This document shows positions 19,578 through 30,511 of a DNA stretch of 64,000 nucleotides, one piece after another. Both the position numbers and the translations under genes were made by a program. The notes under the pieces were generated by a model, which saw nothing but the letters and a program-made list of their open reading frames with translations, made no database searches and had not been told where the DNA came from. The stretch's first letter is position 1. Every line of letters starts with the position of its first letter. The stretch is from a virus (Duplodnaviria; Caudoviricetes). The DNA lies in IMG/VR virus record IMGVR_UViG_3300044633_001982. One strand, given 5' to 3'.

Positions 19578-21416
19578 ATGGCCAACAAAAAAATATCATA
19601 CACAGTAAAAGATTTTGAAGCGATAAGGACCGAACTTATTAATTACACAAAAACGTATTATCCGACTGTAGTACAAAATTTCAACGACGCTTCAATTTTT
19701 TCAGTTATGATGGATTTGAACGCCGCTGTCACTGACAACCTTTACTATAATATTGATAGAAGTATTCAAGAAACGGTATTACAGTACGCACAACAAAGGT
19801 CTTCAATTTATAACATCGCAAGAACATATGGATTAAAAATTCCAAATGTTAGACCATCAGTTGCAATACTTGATATTAGTATAACTGTACCTGCGTTGGG
19901 GGACCAAGAAGATTTAAGATATTGTGGATTTTTAAGGAGAGGAGCTCAATTTATTGGTGGTGGACAAGTATTTGAAACTGTTGATGATGTTGATTTTTCA
20001 TCGCCATTTAATTCTTTAGGAAGACCTAATAGATTAAAAATACCAAATTTTGATAATAACAATAATTTAATAAATTATACAATTACAAAAAGAGAAACTG
20101 TTGTTAATGGAACTACTAAAGTTTTTAGAAAGACAGTTAACGCTCAAGACGCGAGACCATTTTTAGAAGTGTTTTTACCTGAACAAAATGTCTTATCAAT
20201 AACAAGTGTAATTTTAAAAGATGGTACAAATTATAATGGTATTCCTTCATATGATGATTTTCTAAGTCCTGCAAACAAATGGTACGAAGTTAATTCTTTG
20301 GCTGAAGACAGAGTTTTTATAGAAGACCCAACTAAAGTCTCAGATAAACCAGGTGTTAAAGTTGGTAAATATATAATTACAAATTCTAGATTTGTTTCTG
20401 AATATACACCTTTAGGTTATTGTAAAATGACTTTTGGTGGTGGTAATACATCTGCGGATGATTTATTACGTGATTTTGCAAGAAATGGTACACCACTTGA
20501 TTTGTCAAGGTACCAAAATAATTTTGGTTTAGGGTCAACATTAAAGGCTAATTCAACATTGTTTATTCAATATAGAATTGGTGGAGGGTCAGGTAGTAAT
20601 TTAGGTGTTAATGTTATAAATCAAATTGGTACAGTTACATTTTTTGTGAACGGACCAAATCAAATAATTAATACAAATGTTGTAAATTCTCTTTCATGTA
20701 ATAATGTGACTGCGGCAATTGGTGGGGCTGACGCACCTAGTATTGAAGAAGTTAGAAACTATGTTTCGTTTAATTTTGCTGCACAACAAAGAGCTGTGAC
20801 AATTAATGACTATCAGTCGTTAATAAACACAATGCCTTCAAAATTCGGGGCACCTGGTAAAGTTGCAATTGTTGAAGAGGAAAATAAAATTAAAATTAAA
20901 ATATTATCATATGATAATAATGGAACGTTAACAAGTTCAATATCAAATACTATTCAAGAAAACATTGCGAATTATTTATCAAATTATAGAATGTTAAATG
21001 ATTATATTTCAATTGAATCTGCACAAGTTGTTGACTTGGCGTTTCAAATTAGTGTTGTATTAGACTCAAGTCAAAACCAAGGGAATGTCATCTCTTCAAT
21101 AGTTAATATTGTATCAACTTATATGAGTCCTGCTAACATTGAGATGGGAGAAAACATTTATATTTCTGAGATAAAAAGACAAATTCAAAGTTTAAATGGT
21201 GTGATAAGTATCACTGATGTTGTGGTATTTAACAAAGTTGGAGGAGAGTATTCATCAAATCAAACCTCAATGAGTTATTCAAATTCTAATACGAAACAAA
21301 TATCATTGGTTGATGACACGTTATTTGCGGAACCGAGTCAAATATATCAAGTAAGGTTCCCAAATAGAGATATTACAGTTCAAGTTAAGAATTTCCAAAC
21401 TGTCAATTTTTCGTAA
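19578..21416 (+). CDS. Baseplate wedge subunit, T4 gp6 / baseplate-J family
   Basis: YTVKDFEAIRTEL, NFNDASIFSVMMDLNA, YRIGGG, GGADAPSIEEVR, QRAVTINDY. Confidence 0.9.
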   Translation: MANKKISYTVKDFEAIRTELINYTKTYYPTVVQNFNDASIFSVMMDLNAAVTDNLYYNIDRSIQETVLQYAQQRSSIYNIARTYGLKIPNVRPSVAILDISITVPALGDQEDLRYCGFLRRGAQFIGGGQVFETVDDVDFSSPFNSLGRPNRLKIPNFDNNNNLINYTITKRETVVNGTTKVFRKTVNAQDARPFLEVFLPEQNVLSITSVILKDGTNYNGIPSYDDFLSPANKWYEVNSLAEDRVFIEDPTKVSDKPGVKVGKYIITNSRFVSEYTPLGYCKMTFGGGNTSADDLLRDFARNGTPLDLSRYQNNFGLGSTLKANSTLFIQYRIGGGSGSNLGVNVINQIGTVTFFVNGPNQIINTNVVNSLSCNNVTAAIGGADAPSIEEVRNYVSFNFAAQQRAVTINDYQSLINTMPSKFGAPGKVAIVEEENKIKIKILSYDNNGTLTSSISNTIQENIANYLSNYRMLNDYISIESAQVVDLAFQISVVLDSSQNQGNVISSIVNIVSTYMSPANIEMGENIYISEIKRQIQSLNGVISITDVVVFNKVGGEYSSNQTSMSYSNSNTKQISLVDDTLFAEPSQIYQVRFPNRDITVQVKNFQTVNFS

Positions 21417-21441
21417 GTTATTTATTTTTTTAAAATAGTTC

Positions 21442-21454
21442 ATAAACTATTTAT
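21442..21454 (+). promoter_or_regulatory. Candidate late promoter ATAAACTATTTAT
   Basis: Second copy of the 13-mer at 18094; 12 nt upstream of ATG 21467. Confidence 0.55.
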
Positions 21455-21466
21455 TAAAAAAATAAC

Positions 21467-24400
21467 ATGAATTCATCATATAGAGTAAGAACACAAGTAG
21501 GTGTTGATAAATCAGTTCAGGTAGACCTACAACAAGATTTTGAAGTGTTAGAAATTTTGTCTCTAAAAATATACCAAAGAGACGTATATACTAGAGTTTG
21601 CTCAGACTATGGTGTTATTTGTGGTAGGGTCTTTGCAAATAATGGTTTTGGTGTTCCAAATGTTAAAATTTCACTTTTTATTCCACTAAGTGATGAGGAT
21701 GCTCAAAATCCTGAAATAACTAATATCTATCCATATGAGAATATTTCAGATTTAGATGTTAATGGTTATAGATATAATTTGTTGCCAAAAGAACAATCAC
21801 ATTCAGGACACGTACCAACTGGAAGTTTTCCAACAAGAGAAGAAATTTTAAAAGAAAAAAGTTACTATGAGGTATACGATAAGTACTATAAATTTACTGT
21901 AAAAACTAATGATTCAGGTGACTACATGATTTTTGGTGTCCCTGTAGGGTCGTTTACTATATTTTTAGATTTAGATTTAAGTGATATTGGACAATTCTCA
22001 TTAAACCCACAAGATTTGATAAGAATTGGATTAGCAACTGAGGGACAAGTATCAGGTGTTAAATTTAATGATTCCACAAACTTAAATAGTTTACCGCAAA
22101 TTATAAGTTTAACAAAACAAGTTGAAGTTTTACCTTTATGGGGTAACGAAGAAATTTGCCAACCATCTATTACAAGAACAGATTTTGATTTAACTGCTGA
22201 AGCTAATATTGACCTAACACCAACTGCGGTGTTTATGGGTTCAATAATGAGTACAATAGATGAGGCAAAAATTGATAATAATTGTAAAATAGATAAAAAA
22301 GTTGGAGATTTTTGTAGTTTAGTTACAGGTCCTGGACAAATTTTGGCTATAAGACAAACAATTAATTATGATACTGATGTAAATTCAGTAACATTTGGAT
22401 ACCCTCAATTAGAAAAATATAATTTACAAAATGATGGGTATCTAATAGATGAAAATGGTGCTTGGTTAATTGAAGTACCAATGAACTTAGATTACATCTA
22501 TACAAATGAGTTTGGAGAGCAAGTAATATCTACAGACCCAACAATTGGTGTACCAACTAAAGGAAAATACCGTTTTAAAATAAAATGGAATCAATCTCCT
22601 TCATTATCTGAACAAACAAGAAGGGCTTATTTTTTAGTACCTAATGTTAAAGAATGGGGATGGGGAGAGCCTGGAAATACGTATAATGATGATGAGAACC
22701 CGGCATTTTATCCTGAGTATTCTACCAACGACAATTATTTAAGATACCAACAGTCATATGCATTCAGTTTAGATTGGTACGATTACGGAGACCCTACGAC
22801 ATCTGAGGGGTTAGAAATGATACAAGATGCAATTAATTGTGAAGATAGATTTTATTTGTTTGAATTTAAAAAAGTTTATACTGTTTCACAATTAATGGAT
22901 AAATACAAAAATGGTAATAAACTAAGATTTATAGGTATAAAAAATATTCTTAATGATGACTGTAGTGCTGAAAATAACAAATATCCTGTAAATGATGCGT
23001 ACAGAGGTAGTAATATAATGTTTTTATTATTTAGGTATATTTTATCTGTAATGAAACTTTTATTATTCCCACTAGTTGTTGTAATGCATGCAATTTCATT
23101 GGTTTTGTATATTGTAAACTTTATATTACAAATAATTGTTTGGTTAATTTACGCGCCAATTTATTACTTTATTGCCGCGGTTGTTGCGGTAGTTAATTTC
23201 TTAGCTCCTGGAGCTCCGTTAAATAATCCATTAAAAAAGACTCCTGCTGAACTATCAAGAATTATTTGGGATAAATTAAGAATAAAAAAAATACCATTAC
23301 CATTATTATTACAATCTGAAAATGAATGTACTTTTTGTGAATGTAAAGAAGGTGAAAACTCACAAGAATATACAAACTCAGCGGCTGGAGCACTTCTTTC
23401 TGAATTAGGAAACAGTTGTCATTTCCCATTAAATGATGGAGGGGCAGTAACTCCAACACTTGACATACCTGGAGAACAACAACAAAATTTTCCACAAGTA
23501 ATTGCCGGTTTACCAAATTCAGGTGGGAATTGTAGTGCCAGAATCCCAACTTCTGCATATAACTCACCGTGGGCTACAGGAGGTTTAACTTATGACGATG
23601 AAAGAGAATTTTTATTTTCAAACAGTTTAACGTTTGCCGAGAGAATAAATTTATCTAATACAAAACAAAAATATTTTAGGGAATCTACGGCAATTAGAAC
23701 ATATGTTGAACCTGATTTAAACGGAAATCAATTCCACACTGATAATGTATTGGTTACACTAATACAAGGGTGTGATGACATTTATCAGCCAGGGGCTTTA
23801 ATTACATTCCAAGACCCAAGTTTATCTACTGACCCTAATTTTGAATTAGGAATTAATGAAACTGCTGACGGATTATATCAGATATCAGGAACCTCAACGT
23901 CTGCAACGTCGATAACTGTAAGTTATTGTACTTTAGATAATAACACTTTAACAGGTACTAAAGTTTATAATTTACCACTTAAAGATTCTGAAGAATACTT
24001 AACATTTGCTAGGTATAGATTTGATATGGAATATTTCCAAGTTGTAACCGCAATTACGTATTCTCAATTTATTTCTTTAGGTAATGGTTCCGCTAGTGAT
24101 TTAAGTTCCCATGGAACTTTTTATCATAGAATATTTAAAACTCCAATGTCGGTAATGTTTGCTAAAGACACTGCGGGTAATCAATCGCAATTTGAAGCCG
24201 AATTTAAGGGGACAGTTTTTTGTAATGAAAGTTCATTTTCTGAATTAGCAAATTCAAAAATAGTGATAATGGTTAGAGGTGTTGACCCTTATTCTCCAAA
24301 ATATAAAATTAAATACGACATAAGTCGTATATTAAATAGAGGTTATGGGCAAGTTGTGGTTGGTGGAGGTGAAGATGTAATGTTTAAATTAAACATACCT

Positions 24401-26851
24401 GTACAACCAGGAGGAACCTCTACAGGTAATAAAAAAAGGTCAGTACGACACAATCAAATTGTTAATAATAATTCGGCTGACCAATTCGGAGGAAGAATGT
24501 TTTTTCCGTCATGGTTTTTCCAACCTGGAACTGAGTTCCAACCATTTCAGACTGAATTAACTAAATACTATGGTAGTATGGATGCAAGTTTAATTAATGC
24601 ATTTAATGTTATACCATGGGAAACATCATCAACAAATTTGAATTCGTTACAAGTAGGGCAAAATTCCGAAGGTTATCTTCTTGTGAAAATGAAAGGTCAA
24701 ACATTACAATGTGAAGAAGATATGCAGGCAAGTACTGGGTATGGATGTAATGCTTTTACCGCTCACTATGAATGGGAAGGTGATGATAAATGGGGATTTC
24801 CTCCACAACCTAACGATAATGCACTTGTTAATGGTGTTGGTGAGAATGGTGGAAGTACTTGGGGAGGTTCGGCATATATGTTACACTATGCGGATAATGG
24901 TTTATTAGGTGACTCAGTTGACGGGTGTTCTTTTATGTATATGCATTTTGGTGGTGATAATAATGAATGGAAGAAAAGTAGGTCAGTATATTATTCACCA
25001 TCTTATTTAAATGGTACACCTCCTGGAACCTATGGTAATTTTGGTAAAACTTTAATAGATAATCCTACAAATATTGTTTTTCGTTCAGACAGACTACCAA
25101 CGTCTACTACCACCACTACCGCTCAACGTAACCATTTTTTATTTTTCCAAAATAGAAATTTCTCAGCATTTAGGATTTCTGATACAGGTGAAGTGTACGC
25201 TTCCTCAAGTAGTGTTGATGGTATTGAATTAGAAAACGCTTTATTTTCTGACGGTTCTACTTTAGGGGCGTTGAATGACCAAGTAGTTGCAAGTTTTAGT
25301 GAATGTGCAAGTGCGGTACCTTTGAAATGTTATAACATTGATAATGATGGTGTTGTTATAATTGATGATTTTCCTGACTGTACCACAGGACCATTAGGAA
25401 TACCTTATTTTCAAAATGGTAAAGGATGTTATTCATTAGTTACTATACCTATTATTGGTATTCCTTGGGATTTTTTCAGGATTAATGAATGGTATAAAAG
25501 AACTTTAACAAGTTTATTTTTATGTATGGAAGGTATTCAGTATCATTTCTTTAATAATTGGGTTAGTGGTAACCTATTTATGCCAACATTTTATAGTATT
25601 ACTGAATTAAATAACGACGGGTTTCCTGTCAGAAGATATTGTGAAGATATTATTGTCTTTCATGAAGACTCAAAAAATTATTATTATAGAAGTAGTCCGT
25701 ATAGATACGGATATGGTTTTATAGGCGGTAGGACTCGACAAAGAAATGAAATTGCGGGATTAAATAATTATGTAAGGGGGAACTATAGGAATTTAAAAAC
25801 TCCAACAACAATAATAAATTTAGGACCAATAACTAGTTACACTCAAGAATTAGTTCAAGGTGTTGGATATTCAGGGTATATTGCAAATACATTAACACCA
25901 TCAAGTTTTAGAGATATTACAGATATTGTTAATTTTTTTGTAGCATCTAGACAAATTGAAACTGCTTATGAACAGGCCGTAAACACATTTGTTGCGATAA
26001 GTTTGGCTATAGTAAATCCTGGAATACTTTTAGTAGTTGGTGGAGGAGACCCCACTAAAAACTTTTTTGGAGATAGAAACTCAAGAGAACCAGATAAAGT
26101 AAATGCGGATTTAGCACAAATGATTTCAATTAATTCGGAATATGGTGTTAAACCTTTTAATCCTGCAGGATACCCTTCAGCAAACTCGATAAGAATTATA
26201 CCAATATATAATCTTTTTGATATTAATGTATTGTTAACTGCATTGGCGTCAGGCGGTGTTGCAGCACTCTTAACACCGGCAAAATTCACAATAGGTATTT
26301 TCTTTAATAGTGATAATAGTAAAAGAGATGCAATTACACCTAAAAGAATTGTGTGGAATCAAAACGCTCAATTACCATTTCAACCAAACGATGTTACATT
26401 ATATACTCAACCAAGTCAATCTGTACCATTTTATCAATGGCAAAATGATTATATGACAAGGGCTGAATTTTTAGAATTACCGTTAGGGATTAATATTCCA
26501 TATCCTTTGTTAGGACGAGAAGTTATTTTTGGCTCGCATAAGAATGATTGGTACACAGAACCAATAAATAGTAATACCACTACATTCTTCCAAAGAAATA
26601 TACAGTACTTAGACAGGACCGAAAATACCTCAAGATATTTTATGGCGGAATCTAATCAGGCAAAATACATGAAAGGGTTTATTTATAATGTAGATAGTGA
26701 TGGTAATTTAAGAGAAGATTTAGGTAATATAACTGAAGACAAATATACAGTTGGTTCACCTTATCATTTTTATTTTGGATTAAAAAGAGGTAGAACTGCC
26801 GTAGATTTATTCTACATAAAATATGTTGATAGTGAAATTGTAATTGAATAA
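21467..26851 (+). CDS. Large baseplate-region protein with an N-terminal beta-sandwich and internal hydrophobic helices
   Basis: GVICGRVFANNGFGVPNVKISLFIP resembles a carboxypeptidase-regulatory-like fold; a ~65-aa hydrophobic tract lies at about 23013-23205; 1794 aa. Confidence 0.6.
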   Translation: MNSSYRVRTQVGVDKSVQVDLQQDFEVLEILSLKIYQRDVYTRVCSDYGVICGRVFANNGFGVPNVKISLFIPLSDEDAQNPEITNIYPYENISDLDVNGYRYNLLPKEQSHSGHVPTGSFPTREEILKEKSYYEVYDKYYKFTVKTNDSGDYMIFGVPVGSFTIFLDLDLSDIGQFSLNPQDLIRIGLATEGQVSGVKFNDSTNLNSLPQIISLTKQVEVLPLWGNEEICQPSITRTDFDLTAEANIDLTPTAVFMGSIMSTIDEAKIDNNCKIDKKVGDFCSLVTGPGQILAIRQTINYDTDVNSVTFGYPQLEKYNLQNDGYLIDENGAWLIEVPMNLDYIYTNEFGEQVISTDPTIGVPTKGKYRFKIKWNQSPSLSEQTRRAYFLVPNVKEWGWGEPGNTYNDDENPAFYPEYSTNDNYLRYQQSYAFSLDWYDYGDPTTSEGLEMIQDAINCEDRFYLFEFKKVYTVSQLMDKYKNGNKLRFIGIKNILNDDCSAENNKYPVNDAYRGSNIMFLLFRYILSVMKLLLFPLVVVMHAISLVLYIVNFILQIIVWLIYAPIYYFIAAVVAVVNFLAPGAPLNNPLKKTPAELSRIIWDKLRIKKIPLPLLLQSENECTFCECKEGENSQEYTNSAAGALLSELGNSCHFPLNDGGAVTPTLDIPGEQQQNFPQVIAGLPNSGGNCSARIPTSAYNSPWATGGLTYDDEREFLFSNSLTFAERINLSNTKQKYFRESTAIRTYVEPDLNGNQFHTDNVLVTLIQGCDDIYQPGALITFQDPSLSTDPNFELGINETADGLYQISGTSTSATSITVSYCTLDNNTLTGTKVYNLPLKDSEEYLTFARYRFDMEYFQVVTAITYSQFISLGNGSASDLSSHGTFYHRIFKTPMSVMFAKDTAGNQSQFEAEFKGTVFCNESSFSELANSKIVIMVRGVDPYSPKYKIKYDISRILNRGYGQVVVGGGEDVMFKLNIPVQPGGTSTGNKKRSVRHNQIVNNNSADQFGGRMFFPSWFFQPGTEFQPFQTELTKYYGSMDASLINAFNVIPWETSSTNLNSLQVGQNSEGYLLVKMKGQTLQCEEDMQASTGYGCNAFTAHYEWEGDDKWGFPPQPNDNALVNGVGENGGSTWGGSAYMLHYADNGLLGDSVDGCSFMYMHFGGDNNEWKKSRSVYYSPSYLNGTPPGTYGNFGKTLIDNPTNIVFRSDRLPTSTTTTTAQRNHFLFFQNRNFSAFRISDTGEVYASSSSVDGIELENALFSDGSTLGALNDQVVASFSECASAVPLKCYNIDNDGVVIIDDFPDCTTGPLGIPYFQNGKGCYSLVTIPIIGIPWDFFRINEWYKRTLTSLFLCMEGIQYHFFNNWVSGNLFMPTFYSITELNNDGFPVRRYCEDIIVFHEDSKNYYYRSSPYRYGYGFIGGRTRQRNEIAGLNNYVRGNYRNLKTPTTIINLGPITSYTQELVQGVGYSGYIANTLTPSSFRDITDIVNFFVASRQIETAYEQAVNTFVAISLAIVNPGILLVVGGGDPTKNFFGDRNSREPDKVNADLAQMISINSEYGVKPFNPAGYPSANSIRIIPIYNLFDINVLLTALASGGVAALLTPAKFTIGIFFNSDNSKRDAITPKRIVWNQNAQLPFQPNDVTLYTQPSQSVPFYQWQNDYMTRAEFLELPLGINIPYPLLGREVIFGSHKNDWYTEPINSNTTTFFQRNIQYLDRTENTSRYFMAESNQAKYMKGFIYNVDSDGNLREDLGNITEDKYTVGSPYHFYFGLKRGRTAVDLFYIKYVDSEIVIE

Positions 26852-28631
26852 CGATAATAAAATATCTATTGTCCTACCTACTGAAAGGTTTCAGGGGGCT
26901 CCTGAATTGGATAGTTATGTTGACATAAGTCTACAATCTAAACAAAAAGAAGTCATTGAGTATGATAGGAACTATAATCTTTTCTTAAACGATGTCTTTG
27001 ATAAGGAGAGACAGGAGTCGACTAATTTTAATCTATCCTCAAAGTTTTCCGTAATTTTTCAAAATACGTATACTGGTAAAACTAATTATACTCAATTTAG
27101 AAATAATCTTTTTTATATTAATGAAAATTACTATCAGCAATTAAGTTTCCAACCTAATTATGATGGTTATTGGGGAGGGTATCCTGAGTTTAAAGAATTT
27201 GATTTAACAAGGAATGACTATAATGTAAGTGGTTACACCACATTTGGTACTCCTCACATTTTATTTCCTCAAAATAAATCTGATATTTTAAATTGGTCTT
27301 TTTACATTTCTTATCCGTGTAGGAATAACTATACTAAAACTCTTTCAAACTATAATGGTTATTATCTTAATTGGACTGTTGGCGATGGAATTCCATTTAA
27401 AACTTACTATTCTCAAATTAATGGTGAAAATTTAATAACGTTTGAGTGTTTTGTTAAACACGGATTGTCAGTTGGGGAAAGTGTTCAATTATCGGTATCG
27501 TATACAAACCCATCAAATAACACTGTCACAAATATATTTGAAGTTTATTATTTAGGAAATGAAACCGTTGGTTCTGAAGAATATTACTTCTCAATCCAAA
27601 ATATAGGATTTTTAAATAACTTTTTAAATACCGATACCATAGGTACATTTAAAAGGGTTATTGACCCTGATAATTTAACTGAGACAACATCAAAATATTA
27701 TATTAGAGAACATATTATTTTAAATGATTATGAAAATTTAGTAATAACTCCCTCGGGGTTTGAAAGACAAATATTTTCAGATAATGGTAAATTTTTCCCA
27801 GCCGCTTTAACTACAAATAATTTAAATAAAGTTGCGTTTAAAGAAGGTACTACAGTTTATAATTTAACTAATAAATTTAAAATTGATATTAATACAATTA
27901 AAGATAATCAAAACAGACCGTTAACTGAGTTATATTATACAATAATAAATAAAGGTTCGTTTGGGTGGTTTAATGAACCAGTTAACCAAGGTAATACTTC
28001 TCTTAAACAAGGATGGGAATTTAATATTGACTATGAAAATTTATCACCTTATTGGAGAAGAAACCCAAATAATAGTAATTCCGACACCTCAATAACTGTT
28101 TCAAGTTATCAAAAAATTGATAATGGTAATACTTTTACATTTTATTATAATGATGATTTAAATGTTGGTGATTTTTTAGATGGTGCATTTTGTGAGTGGA
28201 ATGATTTTGAACAAAAAGAAAGAGAAATTTCTGAAATTTATCACAAATTTGTTTTAAATAGAAGTATATTAATAGATGATAATGCGACAATCGCGTCACA
28301 AATTAATCCAAAAGGTTATTATTATAAACCACATTATAAATTCACTCTTAGAGTTTTTTCTGACTATATTGAGACTGCTCCAATAACTGAAAATGTTGTT
28401 GATATTCCTGATTACGCGTTTTATTCGCAATCAGAACAAGAGTATCGTTGGAGAGATTTGTATCCTTATGGGTATATTGACGCTAATAATGTTGGAGTTG
28501 ATAATCCGTTTACAAATAATAGTCATTATATACATAATAATTTTCTATTTAAAATTTTACCTGAGGGGTCAAACATTGCAAACAATAACATAAACTTTAT
28601 TAACCAACCAATATCGGATGATTGTGAATAA
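26844..28631 (+). CDS. Putative baseplate/tail structural protein (595 aa)
   Basis: Long ORF with a TTG start overlapping the upstream stop, inside the coupled structural operon. Confidence 0.6.
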   Translation: MNNDNKISIVLPTERFQGAPELDSYVDISLQSKQKEVIEYDRNYNLFLNDVFDKERQESTNFNLSSKFSVIFQNTYTGKTNYTQFRNNLFYINENYYQQLSFQPNYDGYWGGYPEFKEFDLTRNDYNVSGYTTFGTPHILFPQNKSDILNWSFYISYPCRNNYTKTLSNYNGYYLNWTVGDGIPFKTYYSQINGENLITFECFVKHGLSVGESVQLSVSYTNPSNNTVTNIFEVYYLGNETVGSEEYYFSIQNIGFLNNFLNTDTIGTFKRVIDPDNLTETTSKYYIREHIILNDYENLVITPSGFERQIFSDNGKFFPAALTTNNLNKVAFKEGTTVYNLTNKFKIDINTIKDNQNRPLTELYYTIINKGSFGWFNEPVNQGNTSLKQGWEFNIDYENLSPYWRRNPNNSNSDTSITVSSYQKIDNGNTFTFYYNDDLNVGDFLDGAFCEWNDFEQKEREISEIYHKFVLNRSILIDDNATIASQINPKGYYYKPHYKFTLRVFSDYIETAPITENVVDIPDYAFYSQSEQEYRWRDLYPYGYIDANNVGVDNPFTNNSHYIHNNFLFKILPEGSNIANNNINFINQPISDDCE

Positions 28632-29409
28632 TTTTAAAATATTACAAAATACAAATAATGAATATAAATTAGTATTTCCTGTCGAAACAGACAATACTTA
28701 TTTAGGTTTAGATATGGGGGTTGAAGTTATTCAAGATGAGGTAGTTAATGAAATAATTGGAACTCCTAAAAATTATGAAATTGCAAGGTTTGAATTTAAA
28801 CCACCATCTATTGTATATACCGCATCTAGTGTTAATTTTAAATTTAATTTTTATGGAGGACCATCAGATGGATGGGTTCTAAGTTACTCACCAATATTTG
28901 AATACCAACAGATTTATTATAATACAAATTCATTTTCAAATTCTTTCTATAAATTAGATTTTTATGATTCTCGTGAAAAAAAGAAACAAAAAATAATTTT
29001 TACATTAATAATACCCACACAACAAGGTGAAATAGTTTCAGAACAGATATTCCCAAGTTGGTACGCTAATGATGGGTTTGTTAATTTAAAGACACCATAT
29101 TTAAAATTAGATTATTTAAAAGATAAAGAAGGTTATTTTATTTATTTTTTGTCAGACCCGACACTATTAAACATAAATGAATTTTATGTAAGTTTTAAAT
29201 TTTTTGATGGGACTAAAGGACAATTTAAAAGTTTTTTAACAATTAATCCAACGACATTTACTAATAATAATTTTAATCCTGATGAGTATTCTTTTTTAAA
29301 AGTTGTTTTAGATTACTCGGATTATACGTATCAATATTTTGATAATAATAATAATGCAATAGGTACAGTAACTTCGCCAATAAATCTTTATGAATATGTT
29401 AACCCATAA
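28618..29409 (+). CDS. Putative structural protein (263 aa)
   Basis: Overlaps both neighbours; aromatic/Asn-rich beta-type composition. Confidence 0.6.
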   Translation: MIVNNFKILQNTNNEYKLVFPVETDNTYLGLDMGVEVIQDEVVNEIIGTPKNYEIARFEFKPPSIVYTASSVNFKFNFYGGPSDGWVLSYSPIFEYQQIYYNTNSFSNSFYKLDFYDSREKKKQKIIFTLIIPTQQGEIVSEQIFPSWYANDGFVNLKTPYLKLDYLKDKEGYFIYFLSDPTLLNINEFYVSFKFFDGTKGQFKSFLTINPTTFTNNNFNPDEYSFLKVVLDYSDYTYQYFDNNNNAIGTVTSPINLYEYVNP

Positions 29410-30509
29410 TGGAAACTCAATATTATAGATATAAAATTTCACCTGAAGTTATTACCGGAGATGTTAGAACAGTTATTGTTGATAACGTATCTTATGGTGT
29501 AATATCGGGCATGACTGAAATTTTAAGTGGTGGTACAAACGGAAACTCGTTGTTAACAGATTTAAGTTTACCGATTTCATTATTTCAAACAGGTATTGAT
29601 TACGGATATTATGATGGGTTTGATGGTGATTTATTACAAAAGGATGTCGTTACTAATTTTTTATTTACACAAACAGATGGGTCATATGCGGTGGAATTCT
29701 TTAACACATCTGAAATGAGTCAGAAAAAATTATTATCAGAATCGACATATAAAGTAGATTGGGGTGATGGTTCACCATTACAAACTATTTCTGTTGTTGC
29801 TCCAACACCTGTTTCGCATACCTATCTTTCAGTACCTTATACATATACTATTAAATTAATACAAAAAAATCCGTGGGGTATAATTGAAGTTGAAAAAAAA
29901 GTAAATGTCCCGTATGAATTAATACCTAATGATAACCCTTACGGTGAGGTGACATTTACCCCCCAAGGAGGCTCATGGTCCAACATTCCCGTCAGTTATA
30001 ATTTTATTTTTAATGGTGATGCTGAAAATACAATTTCACAACAAGTAAGTTCAAATTATATTTCAGTACCATTTTATGTTACTGCAAGTACAAAATCACA
30101 ACTTTCAGAATTATCTCTTTATGGACCTCAAAAATACGTAGTTAATCAACCAATATATTCAGGTGTTGGAATTAATTCAATTTACAAAGGAGTTATTTTT
30201 GGAATTGACCCTAATGGTACATACACTGGGTATACAATTAATAATATTGATTACTATGATTTTAATGATGGTACAACAATATTGTATGTACAAAGTAGGG
30301 GATTAACATCTGAAATGTTAATTCAATCGGCAATTACTAAAAATGAGTATCTTTTAGGAGTAATTAATCAGCCGGAAATCTACTCAAATGTATTTATTGA
30401 AAGAGGGAAAGATTCGGGTATTGAAAAAACACAAAGATTAGGTGAGGTACAGAATATGGGTGATTTGATTAAATACGGATATAAATTCTTCAAAATTAAA
30501 AAATATTAA
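29409..30509 (+). CDS. Putative structural protein with a PKD-like module
   Basis: YKVDWGDGSPLQTI...VSHTY...YTIKL is a PKD-type motif; TAATG coupling. Confidence 0.6.
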   Translation: METQYYRYKISPEVITGDVRTVIVDNVSYGVISGMTEILSGGTNGNSLLTDLSLPISLFQTGIDYGYYDGFDGDLLQKDVVTNFLFTQTDGSYAVEFFNTSEMSQKKLLSESTYKVDWGDGSPLQTISVVAPTPVSHTYLSVPYTYTIKLIQKNPWGIIEVEKKVNVPYELIPNDNPYGEVTFTPQGGSWSNIPVSYNFIFNGDAENTISQQVSSNYISVPFYVTASTKSQLSELSLYGPQKYVVNQPIYSGVGINSIYKGVIFGIDPNGTYTGYTINNIDYYDFNDGTTILYVQSRGLTSEMLIQSAITKNEYLLGVINQPEIYSNVFIERGKDSGIEKTQRLGEVQNMGDLIKYGYKFFKIKKY

Positions 30510-30511
30510 TT

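Noticed and set aside
811-28593. Other short nested ORFs from the track (e.g. 811-993, 6800-7693, 9188-9379, 10125-10427, 13748-14698, 16482-17265, 23262-26289)
   Set aside because: They overlap motif-bearing genes, have no recognisable motifs and are expected by chance.
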